DNA of 64,000 bases from Escherichia coli (GTDB lineage: Bacteria; Pseudomonadota; Gammaproteobacteria; Enterobacterales; Enterobacteriaceae), in the NCBI RefSeq assembly GCF_030013205.1, contig NZ_CP122648.1; one strand, given 5' to 3'. Under the pieces are notes generated by a model. That model had not been told where the DNA came from, searched no databases, and was given only the letters and a program-made list of their open reading frames with translations. A program made the position numbers and the translations under genes. Below, piece after piece: positions 34,922-44,524 of the stretch; within the stretch, counting starts at the first letter, position 1; each line of letters begins with the position of its first letter.

Positions 34922-36265
34922 TTAAATCACGCCCTGGCTTAACATCGCATCCGCAACCTTCACAAAACCGGCAATGTTCGCGCCCTGCACGTAGTTGGTT
35001 TGCTCACCTTCACCACCATGCTCAACACAGGCATGGTGGATATCCAGCATGATGTGATGCAAACGCGCATCAACTTTCTCGGCTTTCCACCCCAGGCGCG
35101 CAGCGTTTTGCGCCATTTCCAGGCCCGATGTTGCTACACCGCCAGCATTAGCCGCTTTACCCGGTGCAAACAGTACGCCTGCCTGCTGGAACAGTTCAGT
35201 CGCTTCGATGGTGGTCGGCATATTTGCCCCTTCGGCGACGGCTTTAACGCCATTGGCGATAAGCTGATGCGCGGCGTCAACATCCAGTTCGTTCTGGGTG
35301 GCGCAAGGCAGGGCGATATCAACTGGTACAGACCACGGCTGTTGGCCTTCGAGATAGACCAGACCAAATTCTTTGGCGTAATCTGCCACTCGACCATCGC
35401 GGCTGGCTTTGATTTCGATAAGACGCGCCAGTTTCTCTTTCGTGAATCCGCTTTCATCAACTACAGTGCCGCTGGAGTCTGACGCAGTGATCACACGAGC
35501 ACCAAATTCCATCGCTTTTTCTATAGCGTACTGGGCGACGTTGCCGGAGCCAGAAACGGAAACGCGCATTCCTTCAAAACCCATACCGTGGCGTTTTAGC
35601 ATTGCTTCTGTGAAATAAACCAGACCGTAGCCGGTAGCTTCCGGGCGAATAAGACTGCCGCCAAATGAAAGGCCCTTACCGGTGAAGACGCAGGCGGTAT
35701 TGTTGGAGAGCTTTTTCATCATCCCCGCCATAAAGCCGACTTCACGACCACCAACGCCGATATCACCTGCCGGAACGTCGGTATCCGCGCCCAGATGACG
35801 ATAAAGCTCGGTCATCAGCGCCTGGCAGAAACGCATCACTTCACCTTCGCTTTTTCCTTTCGGATCGAAATCGCTGCCACCTTTACCACCGCCCATCGGC
35901 AGGGTAGTCAGGGCATTTTTGAAGGTTTGCTCGAAGCCGAGGAATTTGAGAATGGAAAGGTTAACTGACGGATGGAAGCGCATACCGCCTTTGTACGGGC
36001 CGATGGCAGAGCTGAACTGCACACGCCATGCACGGTTGACCTGTACCTGGTTGCGATCATCAACCCATACCACGCGAAACTGGATCACGCGCTCCGGTTC
36101 AACCAGACGCTCCAGTAATGACATCTGGCGATATTTTGGATTTTGTTCAAGAAAAGGCCAGAGTGTGGTCATTACTTCACGAACGGCTTGCGCGAACTCG
36201 GTTTGATTCGGGTCGCGCTTTTGGACATGGTTGAGGAATGACTCCAGAGAATATGTCTGATCCAT
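34922..36265 (-). CDS. gdhA: NADP-specific glutamate dehydrogenase GdhA, 447 aa
   Basis: ORF 34922..36265; motifs GGGKGG and GSGNVAQY. Confidence 0.95.
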   Translation of the reverse strand: MDQTYSLESFLNHVQKRDPNQTEFAQAVREVMTTLWPFLEQNPKYRQMSLLERLVEPERVIQFRVVWVDDRNQVQVNRAWRVQFSSAIGPYKGGMRFHPSVNLSILKFLGFEQTFKNALTTLPMGGGKGGSDFDPKGKSEGEVMRFCQALMTELYRHLGADTDVPAGDIGVGGREVGFMAGMMKKLSNNTACVFTGKGLSFGGSLIRPEATGYGLVYFTEAMLKRHGMGFEGMRVSVSGSGNVAQYAIEKAMEFGARVITASDSSGTVVDESGFTKEKLARLIEIKASRDGRVADYAKEFGLVYLEGQQPWSVPVDIALPCATQNELDVDAAHQLIANGVKAVAEGANMPTTIEATELFQQAGVLFAPGKAANAGGVATSGLEMAQNAARLGWKAEKVDARLHHIMLDIHHACVEHGGEGEQTNYVQGANIAGFVKVADAMLSQGVI

Positions 36266-36500
36266 AGATATAAAACCCTTATATATTAATACGATTGTGC
36301 TTATGTTGTTTATGTCATGTGCTTTTGCAGTTTTCGACTATACCATCAAGAATGTGACGGTAAGCAAGAAAAAAATGACCCAGGAAAGCAAATTAATAAC
36401 GAGAGTAATCTCATAACCAAATGCGATAACTCAGACGCTAAAGTTATGCCGCCCGGCTACCGTTATTAGTAGCAGAGACAATAACGTTAAGGAGTTCCCT

Positions 36501-36773
36501 GTGAGTCGAGCATTGTTCGCCGTAGTATTAGCATTTCCATTAATTGCACTGGCTAACTCGCATTATCGTCCGGACGTGGAGGTGAACGTACCGCCAGAAG
36601 TGTTCAGTTCAGGCGGGCAGTCAGCGCAGCCCTATACTCAGTGCTGCGTTTATCAGGATCAAAATTATTCTGAAGGGGCGGTAATTAAAGCCGAAGGAAT
36701 ACTGCTGCAATGCCAGCGGGATGACAAAACCCTTAGCACAAATCCGCTGGTCTGGCGGCGCGTAAAGCCATAA
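36501..36773 (+). CDS. ynjH: DUF1496 protein YnjH, 90 aa, signal peptide
   Basis: ORF 36501..36773. Confidence 0.8.
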   Translation: MSRALFAVVLAFPLIALANSHYRPDVEVNVPPEVFSSGGQSAQPYTQCCVYQDQNYSEGAVIKAEGILLQCQRDDKTLSTNPLVWRRVKP

Positions 36774-37146
36774 ACGCCTCTAATAATGGAATGTCAGCAG
36801 GGGCCAGTGGATATTGCAGCGCCTCTTCAGGTGAGCACCAGACCAGCGCCTGATGTTCATGTGCCTGTAACGTCCCGTGGAAGTCGGGTACATGCCAGGC
36901 ATGAAGATGGATAATCCGCCCCGACACTTCTCGCTGATGGCTGGCAACATAGTCACCAACAGTTGCTTCGATGCCCAGTTCTTCGTTTAACTCACGCACC
37001 AGCGCCTGCTGCTGGCTTTCATCCAGCTCGACTTTACCACCGGCAAACTCCCATAATCCCGCCTGATCGCTATGCGCGGGGCGTTGCGCGAGTAAAATTT
37101 TGCCATCACGTTCGATGATGGCGGCAACAACTTCAACCATTTTCAT
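36733..37146 (-). CDS. nudG: Nudix hydrolase NudG (CTP pyrophosphohydrolase)
   Basis: ORF 36733..37146; Nudix box GGKVELDESQQQALVRELNEELGI. Confidence 0.85.
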   Translation of the reverse strand: MKMVEVVAAIIERDGKILLAQRPAHSDQAGLWEFAGGKVELDESQQQALVRELNEELGIEATVGDYVASHQREVSGRIIHLHAWHVPDFHGTLQAHEHQALVWCSPEEALQYPLAPADIPLLEAFMALRAARPADLC

Positions 37147-37232
37147 AAATTACACACGGGTAGATAAGCGAAAAATGCCATAATATCCGCACTGTTGCTC
37201 AATCAGAAAGGCTTTATATTTAAGGAGTGCCT

Positions 37233-37853
37233 GTGCTAGACCGCCATCTTCATCCCCGAATTAAACCTTTGTTGCATCAGTGTGTGAAGGTGCTGGATAA
37301 ACCCGGCATTACGCCAGATGGTTTAACATTAGTGGGATTTGCCATCGGTGTGCTGGCACTGCCTTTTCTGGCGCTGGGCTGGTATCTGGCGGCGCTTGTC
37401 GTCATTTTGTTGAACAGGCTGCTTGATGGTCTGGACGGTGCGCTGGCGCGGCGCAGAGGGCTTACCGACGCGGGCGGCTTTCTCGATATTTCTCTCGATT
37501 TTCTCTTTTACGCGCTGGTGCCGTTTGGTTTTATTCTTGCTGCACCGGAGCAAAATGCGCTGGCAGGCGGCTGGCTGTTGTTTGCGTTTATCGGTACGGG
37601 CAGCAGTTTTCTCGCCTTTGCTGCACTGGCAGCAAAACATCAGATTGATAACCCCGGTTATGCACATAAGTCGTTTTACTATCTGGGGGGATTAACCGAA
37701 GGCACTGAAACGATCTTACTGTTTGTGCTGGGATGTTTATTCCCTGCATGGTTTGCGTGGTTTGCGTGGATCTTCGGTGCGTTGTGCTGGATGACGACCT
37801 TTACGCGGGTGTGGAGTGGGTATCTGACGCTGAAGTCGCTTCAGCGTCAGTAA
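37233..37853 (+). CDS. ynjF: CDP-alcohol phosphatidyltransferase-family inner membrane protein YnjF, 206 aa
   Basis: ORF 37227..37853; GTG at 37233 follows TAAGGAG by 6 nt; motif DGLDGALARR. Confidence 0.8.
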   Translation: MLDRHLHPRIKPLLHQCVKVLDKPGITPDGLTLVGFAIGVLALPFLALGWYLAALVVILLNRLLDGLDGALARRRGLTDAGGFLDISLDFLFYALVPFGFILAAPEQNALAGGWLLFAFIGTGSSFLAFAALAAKHQIDNPGYAHKSFYYLGGLTEGTETILLFVLGCLFPAWFAWFAWIFGALCWMTTFTRVWSGYLTLKSLQRQ

Positions 37854-37861
37854 TTGCAATG

Positions 37862-39169
37862 TTATTTGCTGCTGTCCGGGCCGCGTTCACCGGTTGCTAC
37901 CGGATTTTTTGGATCGCTGCTCCATTCGTACCAGCCGCCGTCGTAAACGGAGACGTTATTCCAGCCCATTGCTCGTGCGTACATAAAGGTTTCGGACGCG
38001 CGCCAGCCGGTGCCGCAGTAGAATGAAACTTGCTGATCTGGCTTGATATTCCATGCTTTCCACATAGCGGTAATATCATCGGCGCTACGCATGGTGCCAT
38101 CCGGGTTATGGAAATCTTCCATATGCGTCGAGTCGCTACCTGCGTGTCCCCAACGTGCTCCGGCTATTTCACCTTTTGGTTTAATATAGCTGTAACCGCT
38201 GGTCGTACCGATAAATTCTGGCCACGAACGAATGCTCACCAGCGATGCATCCTGGCGATGCAGCAGTCCACGCGCCTGTTCCATATCAAGCATCAGTTGC
38301 GGTTGTGCCGGGATCTTCACGCCGAAATCCGGTTCCGCTTTCACTTTCGGTGGCGTTCCGCGCTCAACGGGCAGTCCCGCGTCGGACCAGGTTTGCCAGC
38401 CGCCGTCCAGCAGGCGGACATCTTTCACGCCAGCGTAGAGCATAATTTGTGCCACACGCGCTGCAGCGTATACGTCACGCCCGTACAGAATGACCGTGGT
38501 GTCATGGCGAATGCCGTGTTTTGCCAACATCGCTTTTAGTTGTTCATCAGAAACTTTGTTCCACAGCGGTTCGCTTTCCACTTCGTTGGTATCGATGTAG
38601 TCAGCGCCGGGAATATGGCTGATAAGGTAAAGCTTAGGAGCGCCCCAGGCCGCTTCAATGACTTTCCAGTCACCGGCAGGTTTCGCCGTAACCTCTTTAC
38701 CTTGTTGCAGGTCGTGCAGCCATTGCGGATAAACCAGCTGCTCAAAATGCGGCAGTTTTTGGAGACGGGAAGGTTCGCTTAGCGCGTCACTCAGAATGGA
38801 GATATGCGTAAAACCTGCTTTTTGCAGTCGCGTTTTGACGGCGTCGACATCTTTGTCATTACCGTACAGCGCCACCGGAGCATCGGCTTTCAGGTTATGT
38901 TGCTTGATCCACGCGTTAAGCTGTTCGGTGCTCATTTTGTCGAGCCAGCTAGCAGAGAGGTTTAAGGCGGCAGGTTCATGACCAGAAGGGCCATTTAAGG
39001 TTTGTGGCCAGCCGTTATAAAACGCGCTGGGGCGAGTATCTATCGCTTTGCCATTTTGTTGTTGAAGCTGGTCAAGTGTAAGAGGCTTCGCCAGTTCAGC
39101 GGCCCACGAAGAAGCGCAAGCCAGCCCTAAAGCCATTGCCAGCGCGGTCATTTGAGAAACACGTTTCAT
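37862..39169 (-). CDS. ynjE: Periplasmic three-domain rhodanese (thiosulfate sulfurtransferase) YnjE, 435 aa
   Basis: ORF 37862..39184 trimmed to ATG 39169 (MKRVSQMTALAMALGLACASSWA...); active-site CGTGWR. Confidence 0.85.
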   Translation of the reverse strand: MKRVSQMTALAMALGLACASSWAAELAKPLTLDQLQQQNGKAIDTRPSAFYNGWPQTLNGPSGHEPAALNLSASWLDKMSTEQLNAWIKQHNLKADAPVALYGNDKDVDAVKTRLQKAGFTHISILSDALSEPSRLQKLPHFEQLVYPQWLHDLQQGKEVTAKPAGDWKVIEAAWGAPKLYLISHIPGADYIDTNEVESEPLWNKVSDEQLKAMLAKHGIRHDTTVILYGRDVYAAARVAQIMLYAGVKDVRLLDGGWQTWSDAGLPVERGTPPKVKAEPDFGVKIPAQPQLMLDMEQARGLLHRQDASLVSIRSWPEFIGTTSGYSYIKPKGEIAGARWGHAGSDSTHMEDFHNPDGTMRSADDITAMWKAWNIKPDQQVSFYCGTGWRASETFMYARAMGWNNVSVYDGGWYEWSSDPKNPVATGERGPDSSK

Positions 39170-39235
39170 CGAAAATCCCGACATTGTAGTTTTGAGTGCG
39201 CCATTCTGAACTGACGCATTGGGAAAAACTTTGCG

Positions 39236-39889
39236 TTATCGCAGTTTGTTGTAATTTTCTGACCACTGCGCCATATCCAGAACAGAACTATCAGCAGGAA
39301 CATCCTGGAGATCGTGCGTTACCTGAACGACTGGGATCGCCTGGGCGCGAACTTCGCTGAACACCCACTGGCGAAAATTATCGCGCAGAGCCACATCAAG
39401 ACGGCTGAATGGCTCATCCAGTAGCAACGCTTTTGGCTGAGCGAGAAGAGCGCGAAGCAGAGCAACGCGCGCTCGCTGACCGCCAGACAAAGTGGCAGGA
39501 TCCTGATGGAACATACCGCCAAGCCCCGCACGCTCCAGCGCATCATTTACCGCATCGCGCCTTGCAACACCTTTGAGTGCCGCTGGCAGAGCCAGCAGTA
39601 AATTTTGCCCGACGCTGAACTGGTCAAATAACAGTGCATCCTGGAAAAGAATGCCAATCTGACGCTGTGCGGTGGGTAGCATGTCAATCCGTTGCTCATT
39701 GAGCCATAGCTCACCTGTACAAGAAAACTGTCCGGCCAGCGCACCAATCATCCATGAAAACAGAGTGGATTTTCCACAGCCAGACGGCCCCATTAACGTG
39801 ACAATGTCACCTTTACTCACCGTAAAGTTAACGTTTTTCAGCAAGCGGCTTTCTGGTAAACGTAGCGAAACATTTTTCACGCAGAGCAT
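39236..39889 (-). CDS. ynjD: ABC transporter ATP-binding protein YnjD, 217 aa
   Basis: ORF 39236..39976 trimmed to ATG 39889; Walker A GPSGCGKST, signature LSGGQRARV, Walker B LLLDEP; ATGA overlap with ynjC stop. Confidence 0.85.
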   Translation of the reverse strand: MLCVKNVSLRLPESRLLKNVNFTVSKGDIVTLMGPSGCGKSTLFSWMIGALAGQFSCTGELWLNEQRIDMLPTAQRQIGILFQDALLFDQFSVGQNLLLALPAALKGVARRDAVNDALERAGLGGMFHQDPATLSGGQRARVALLRALLAQPKALLLDEPFSRLDVALRDNFRQWVFSEVRAQAIPVVQVTHDLQDVPADSSVLDMAQWSENYNKLR

Positions 39890-41424
39890 TAGCGGAGTCC
39901 TTGTCTGACATAACCTACCCATTTTGCGACTAACGCGGTCAGGGCAAAAATAATAAGCGGTAATAGCAGTTGCCATAAAGCCTGGGCGGCGAGAATACCG
40001 TTGCTGCCGCCGCTGCTTAATGCCACCGCCTCAGTGGTGAGCGTCGGAAAACGCCCCGCGCCCAGCCACAGCGTCGGCATATACTGCGCAATACTGACTG
40101 AAAATCCCACCGCGAAGGCAATCAGCGTAGGGCGTAGCATAAGCGGACATTTCACGTAAAAGAAGATTTTGGCCCGCGACCAGCCCAGTGTTTGCGCAAT
40201 CAAAATTAACCGTGAATCAATGCGCTGCCAGGCGGGTTGCAGGATAAACAGCATCCACGGCATTACCCACAGCAGATGCCCCCAGACCACCGCCGTCCAG
40301 CTTCCATCCAGGTTCAGCCATAGCGCCAGCGTGTACTGGCACGCCACCAGCGGCAGAGCGGGTAATAAAATGGGCAACCATAGCCACAACTGGCGACGCT
40401 GTGGCCCCCATTCCAGCCACAGCAGTAACAGGAGCAAAGCGATGAATGCCGCCACCAGCCCCATTGTCAGGCTGTTGATGAGCGCTTCACTATTGATCGT
40501 CGACTGATCCGCGAGGATCGCCAGCAGAACCACACACAGCACACCGGTTAAGGGTAAAAAACTCGCCAGCGTAATGCCTGGCAATAAAGGCGTGGCAGGC
40601 TTACGAACGCCATCTACGCGGGGAATAGTACGCCGCCAGCTACGCCATAGCAGATAGCCCAGCAAAACGTAGGCGGCGAGTAACAGCATCAGCAGCAGGC
40701 TGGCGAGTGCGCCTTTCGTTTGTTGATCGGCGTCGCCCTGAGTTAACCACTGCCAGCTAATTACTGCCAGCGTCGGGGGATTACCTGGCCCAAGGATAAT
40801 CGCCACATCCACGACCGACAGCGACCAGGCGACAATCGCCAGCATCGCCATTGCCAGTGCAGGTGCGACGGAGGGCAACAACAGCCAGTTCAGGCATTGC
40901 CAGCGGCTGTAGCCCAGCGAATCCAGTACAATAACTTGCTGCAACAGCCGTTTTTCGCTCAATACTGCCGCTAAGAGCCACAGCAGAAATGCGCTTTCTT
41001 TCACTGCAAGGGTGAGGCCCAGACCGATGCCAAATCGATCCATTGGCGGAGTGAAATACGGGAAATAGTCATAAAGCAGCCCTCCGTCAGCAAAGAGCAG
41101 AAGGGCGCTGGTGGCAAAAGCCACATGGGGAATGGCGAGCAGCCACGGCAGACGGGCGCACATACGCTGCCATTTCGGCCCTGGCCACAGCGTCACAATC
41201 ACCAGCAGGGCAATCAACAACGCCCCGACCGCCGCGATGGTTGTCGACACCAGCGTTGCCAGTAATGCCTGCGGTAACTGTGGATCGGCAAATAACGTCT
41301 GCCAGTGTGTCAACGACAAAGCAGGCGATATCAGCGTGAGAGCTGCCGGGATCAGCGGTGCATAAATCACCGCCACCATCGCCCACAGCAAAAAGATTAA
41401 TGCGTACCGTAACGGTGTAGCCAT
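39889..41424 (-). CDS. ynjC: ABC transporter permease YnjC (fused two-domain), 511 aa
   Basis: ORF 39889..41448 trimmed to ATG 41424. Confidence 0.85.
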   Translation of the reverse strand: MATPLRYALIFLLWAMVAVIYAPLIPAALTLISPALSLTHWQTLFADPQLPQALLATLVSTTIAAVGALLIALLVIVTLWPGPKWQRMCARLPWLLAIPHVAFATSALLLFADGGLLYDYFPYFTPPMDRFGIGLGLTLAVKESAFLLWLLAAVLSEKRLLQQVIVLDSLGYSRWQCLNWLLLPSVAPALAMAMLAIVAWSLSVVDVAIILGPGNPPTLAVISWQWLTQGDADQQTKGALASLLLMLLLAAYVLLGYLLWRSWRRTIPRVDGVRKPATPLLPGITLASFLPLTGVLCVVLLAILADQSTINSEALINSLTMGLVAAFIALLLLLLWLEWGPQRRQLWLWLPILLPALPLVACQYTLALWLNLDGSWTAVVWGHLLWVMPWMLFILQPAWQRIDSRLILIAQTLGWSRAKIFFYVKCPLMLRPTLIAFAVGFSVSIAQYMPTLWLGAGRFPTLTTEAVALSSGGSNGILAAQALWQLLLPLIIFALTALVAKWVGYVRQGLR

Positions 41425-42563
41425 TCTTGTTCCAGCGCATTTACCCAACCTGCGTGCGGTTCAGCCAGTACCGGCGGCAGATCCTGCGGCATTCTTGATT
41501 GCAATATTTCGCGCTGCCCGTCAGGCAGTTTTTGCGGATCGAGAACCGAAGGATCGCCCCAGACAGCAGGGTCTGCTTTACGCAGTTGTGCATCGGGTGA
41601 GAGCAGGAAATTGGCAACTACCTTCGCCGCAGCACTGGCATTCGCGTTGGCGGGAATGGTGACGAAATGCACGTTGCCAATCATTCCCTCGCTAAAGCCA
41701 AAGCTGTAACTGCTGGCGGGTAAATCGCCGCTGGCGATTTTTTGCTGCGCATGAGCAGGATTAAAGGTCAGCGACAGGCGCAATGTGCCGGCTTTCAGCA
41801 GAGCATCCATCCGCGCGGGCGAAGGCGGGAAATCCTTTCCTTCGCGCCACAAATACGGATGCAGCGCATCAAGATATTGCCACAAGGGAGCAGTGACACG
41901 GGCGAAAGTCGCATCGTCCGGCGCTTCTTTTAATGCGGCGGGATCGGGCGTCAGCATAATCAGCAACTGTTCAAGAAACGCCGTGCCGGTAAAGTCCGGT
42001 GGGCGCGGATAGGTAACCGTACCGGGATTGGCTTTAGCAAACTCCAGTAAGGCTTGCGGCGTTTGTGGTGACTGTGGCGTAACATCGCGGCGGGCGATAA
42101 ACGTCAATTGCGCGCCGCCCCAGGGCGATTCCGCACCTTGCGTTGGCACTGAAAAATCTTCCCGCACCGGCAGCTGTGTGTCGACATAGCGCCAGTTGGG
42201 CAGAGTCTCCACCCAGCCCGTTTGTAATAAATTGGCCTCTTTTAAGGTGCGGAAGTTTTCGCCGTTCACCCAGAGCAGATCCACCGAACCGCCTGTTTTG
42301 CGTCCGGCAGCAGCTTCGGTCTGAATGCGCTTCACCGCGTCTGCGGCATCCGCGAGACGAACAATCTTCAGGTTTATAGCGTAATGGGTTTTCATCTCGC
42401 CGCTAACCCAGTCGAGATAGCGGTTAATTGCGGTATCGCCGCCCCAGGCGTTAAACCAGACGGTTTGCCCTTTGGCGTCGTTTTTGATTTCCTGCCAGTC
42501 ACTGGCATGTGTTGCCAAAGAAAACAGCGATAACAATCCCAGCAACCACCCACAATGGCGCAT
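41397..42563 (-). CDS. ynjB: ABC transporter periplasmic substrate-binding protein YnjB, 388 aa
   Basis: ORF 41397..42566; signal peptide; overlaps ynjC start by 28 bp. Confidence 0.85.
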   Translation of the reverse strand: MRHCGWLLGLLSLFSLATHASDWQEIKNDAKGQTVWFNAWGGDTAINRYLDWVSGEMKTHYAINLKIVRLADAADAVKRIQTEAAAGRKTGGSVDLLWVNGENFRTLKEANLLQTGWVETLPNWRYVDTQLPVREDFSVPTQGAESPWGGAQLTFIARRDVTPQSPQTPQALLEFAKANPGTVTYPRPPDFTGTAFLEQLLIMLTPDPAALKEAPDDATFARVTAPLWQYLDALHPYLWREGKDFPPSPARMDALLKAGTLRLSLTFNPAHAQQKIASGDLPASSYSFGFSEGMIGNVHFVTIPANANASAAAKVVANFLLSPDAQLRKADPAVWGDPSVLDPQKLPDGQREILQSRMPQDLPPVLAEPHAGWVNALEQEWLHRYGTH

Positions 42564-42572
42564 CATCTCTCC

Positions 42573-43121
42573 TTAAGAACGTTTTTCAGGAATACGGCAC
42601 AGCCCCTGAGCGGGGATCGCCAGGGCAGAATTAAAACGAGCCGACAGGTTTTGCAGGCCGATCAATGCCGTCAGTTCGGTGAGCGCCTGAGCGTCAAAAT
42701 GCGCAGCCAGTCGGGTACGCAGGGCATCATCGACTGTTGGCGGTGTGACGCTTGCGGCTTCGGCGTACTCCAGCGCCAGCCGTTCTTCATCGCTAAAGAG
42801 CGGGCTTTGCCGCCAGTCAGCCACTGCCAGCAGTTTATCGGTGCTGCCAGTGCGCTCGGCGACTTTCATACTGGTGATATCCACGCAAAACTCACACAGA
42901 CACATTTGCGCAATGCGCGCGCTGACAAGCGATCGCACTACCGGATCCAGCGGTGAGCGTTTGCGCTCCAGCCAGCCGACAAACATCGACACCAGATAAA
43001 AGATAAACGGGATCCGCCCCCACCAGCGAATCGGGCTTAGCACCTCGCCGTAATGGCGACGATGCAGCCACGCCTGCGGACGTAAAATGAAAGGAATTTT
43101 GCTAAGCGGCGGTAAACCCAT
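42573..43121 (-). CDS. ynjA: Carboxymuconolactone decarboxylase (AhpD-like) family protein YnjA, 182 aa
   Basis: ORF 42573..43121. Confidence 0.8.
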   Translation of the reverse strand: MGLPPLSKIPFILRPQAWLHRRHYGEVLSPIRWWGRIPFIFYLVSMFVGWLERKRSPLDPVVRSLVSARIAQMCLCEFCVDITSMKVAERTGSTDKLLAVADWRQSPLFSDEERLALEYAEAASVTPPTVDDALRTRLAAHFDAQALTELTALIGLQNLSARFNSALAIPAQGLCRIPEKRS

Positions 43122-43828
43122 CAGGCATTCCTCTTCTGGCGCTCAAGCCATATTTTCTTCGCCATAAAAATCACCACGGTCAGGGCAAACAGAATAAACA
43201 GTCCGGTGACAAACCAGAAGGTACCGCCTGTTAACATGCTGCCCGCCCAGGAATAAACAATAGTCGCTGGTAACTGACCAAGCCCGGTGGCGATAAAAAA
43301 CGAGCGAAAACGTATTGAAGTCAAACCGGCAGCATAGCTTACGGGATCAAAAGGCACAAAAGGCAATAATCGGCATACCAGAATGGTGTGTTTACCATAG
43401 CGGGTAAAAAAGCCGTCCATACTATTGAGTACCGTTTTACCCGTTAACTTTTCCACCACTTCGCGGCCCATCACTCTGGCGATAAAAAAGCACAGCGCCG
43501 CGCCGGCCATCGAACTGGTCCACGACAGCAAGCCGCCCCAGAACGCGCCAAACAGCGACGCATTGGCAAAGGTGATCAAAAACGCAGGTAGCGGTGCAGC
43601 AATGGCCTGTAAAATCATCAACAAGAACGAGACAACTGCCGCCAGTGCGCCGTAAGACTGAATAAAGCGTTCTATACCCTGTTGGTCCACGGCGGCAAAC
43701 GCCGCAACGCTGCGATTGATAAACTCATGGACGCCGGGAAGCAGCGCCCATGCCAGCAGCATAGCGAACAACAGGATGATGAGGGTTATACGGTAGTACC
43801 AGATTTTTCGCGATTGCATCTTCATCAT
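43121..43828 (-). CDS. ydjZ: DedA/TVP38-TMEM64 family inner membrane protein YdjZ, 235 aa
   Basis: ORF 43121..43828; stop overlaps ynjA start. Confidence 0.8.
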   Translation of the reverse strand: MMKMQSRKIWYYRITLIILLFAMLLAWALLPGVHEFINRSVAAFAAVDQQGIERFIQSYGALAAVVSFLLMILQAIAAPLPAFLITFANASLFGAFWGGLLSWTSSMAGAALCFFIARVMGREVVEKLTGKTVLNSMDGFFTRYGKHTILVCRLLPFVPFDPVSYAAGLTSIRFRSFFIATGLGQLPATIVYSWAGSMLTGGTFWFVTGLFILFALTVVIFMAKKIWLERQKRNA

Positions 43829-43842
43829 CCTTTATCCTGGCT

Positions 43843-44520
43843 TTATTCGGTGATTTTAAAGGTAACCGTTGCCAGCGTGTTATCCGCCGGGAGAACCGAG
43901 GCATTGCCTTTGAATTTAACTTCCCCTCGTTTTTCAACCGCACCATAAGTGTATGTTGCATTGCTGACGATGCCGACCGGGCAGCTATCCAGACACACCA
44001 GGCAACCCGTTTTCTTCTCTTCTGCTGCCGTTAAATTACCGCCAAAGCGCATGTCCAGTTTCTTGCCATTACTGTCAACAATCACTTCATCGAAGGAATA
44101 CGCTTTTGCCGCCCCTTGCCAGTTGACCGAAATATCCAGTTTGCTGCCTGTGACATGAGTCGTTTCTTTATTATCCATCGTCATGTTTTCGCCTGGCGTA
44201 CCACCTGCCTCTTTCAGGGCTTCATAAAATGCTTTCGGGGTCGCATAACCCATAAACAGCGATTTATGTCCGTTGGAGCCATCTTTAAACACAATACCGT
44301 GACGAGTGTCGTCGGTGAGGAAACGACCATTAATTTGCACCAGCATGGTTACCGTATGGTTATTAGCATCGACACGCAGCGGTTGGCTGTTCGAAAGTTC
44401 GTCGTATTCCACTTTTGCCGCCGCATTCTCTTTTTGATCGCAGCCGCTAAGCCCAGCAACAGCCAGTAAGCAGAGTGCAGCCAGTCCTTTTTTCCATGAC
44501 GCTGAATAATGTTGCAACAT
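43843..44520 (-). CDS. ydjY: Ferredoxin-like lipoprotein YdjY, 225 aa
   Basis: ORF 43843..44682 trimmed to ATG 44520 (MLQHYSASWKKGLAALCLLAVAGLSGC lipobox); CxxCxxxCP motif. Confidence 0.75.
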   Translation of the reverse strand: MLQHYSASWKKGLAALCLLAVAGLSGCDQKENAAAKVEYDELSNSQPLRVDANNHTVTMLVQINGRFLTDDTRHGIVFKDGSNGHKSLFMGYATPKAFYEALKEAGGTPGENMTMDNKETTHVTGSKLDISVNWQGAAKAYSFDEVIVDSNGKKLDMRFGGNLTAAEEKKTGCLVCLDSCPVGIVSNATYTYGAVEKRGEVKFKGNASVLPADNTLATVTFKITE

Positions 44521-44524
44521 CGTT

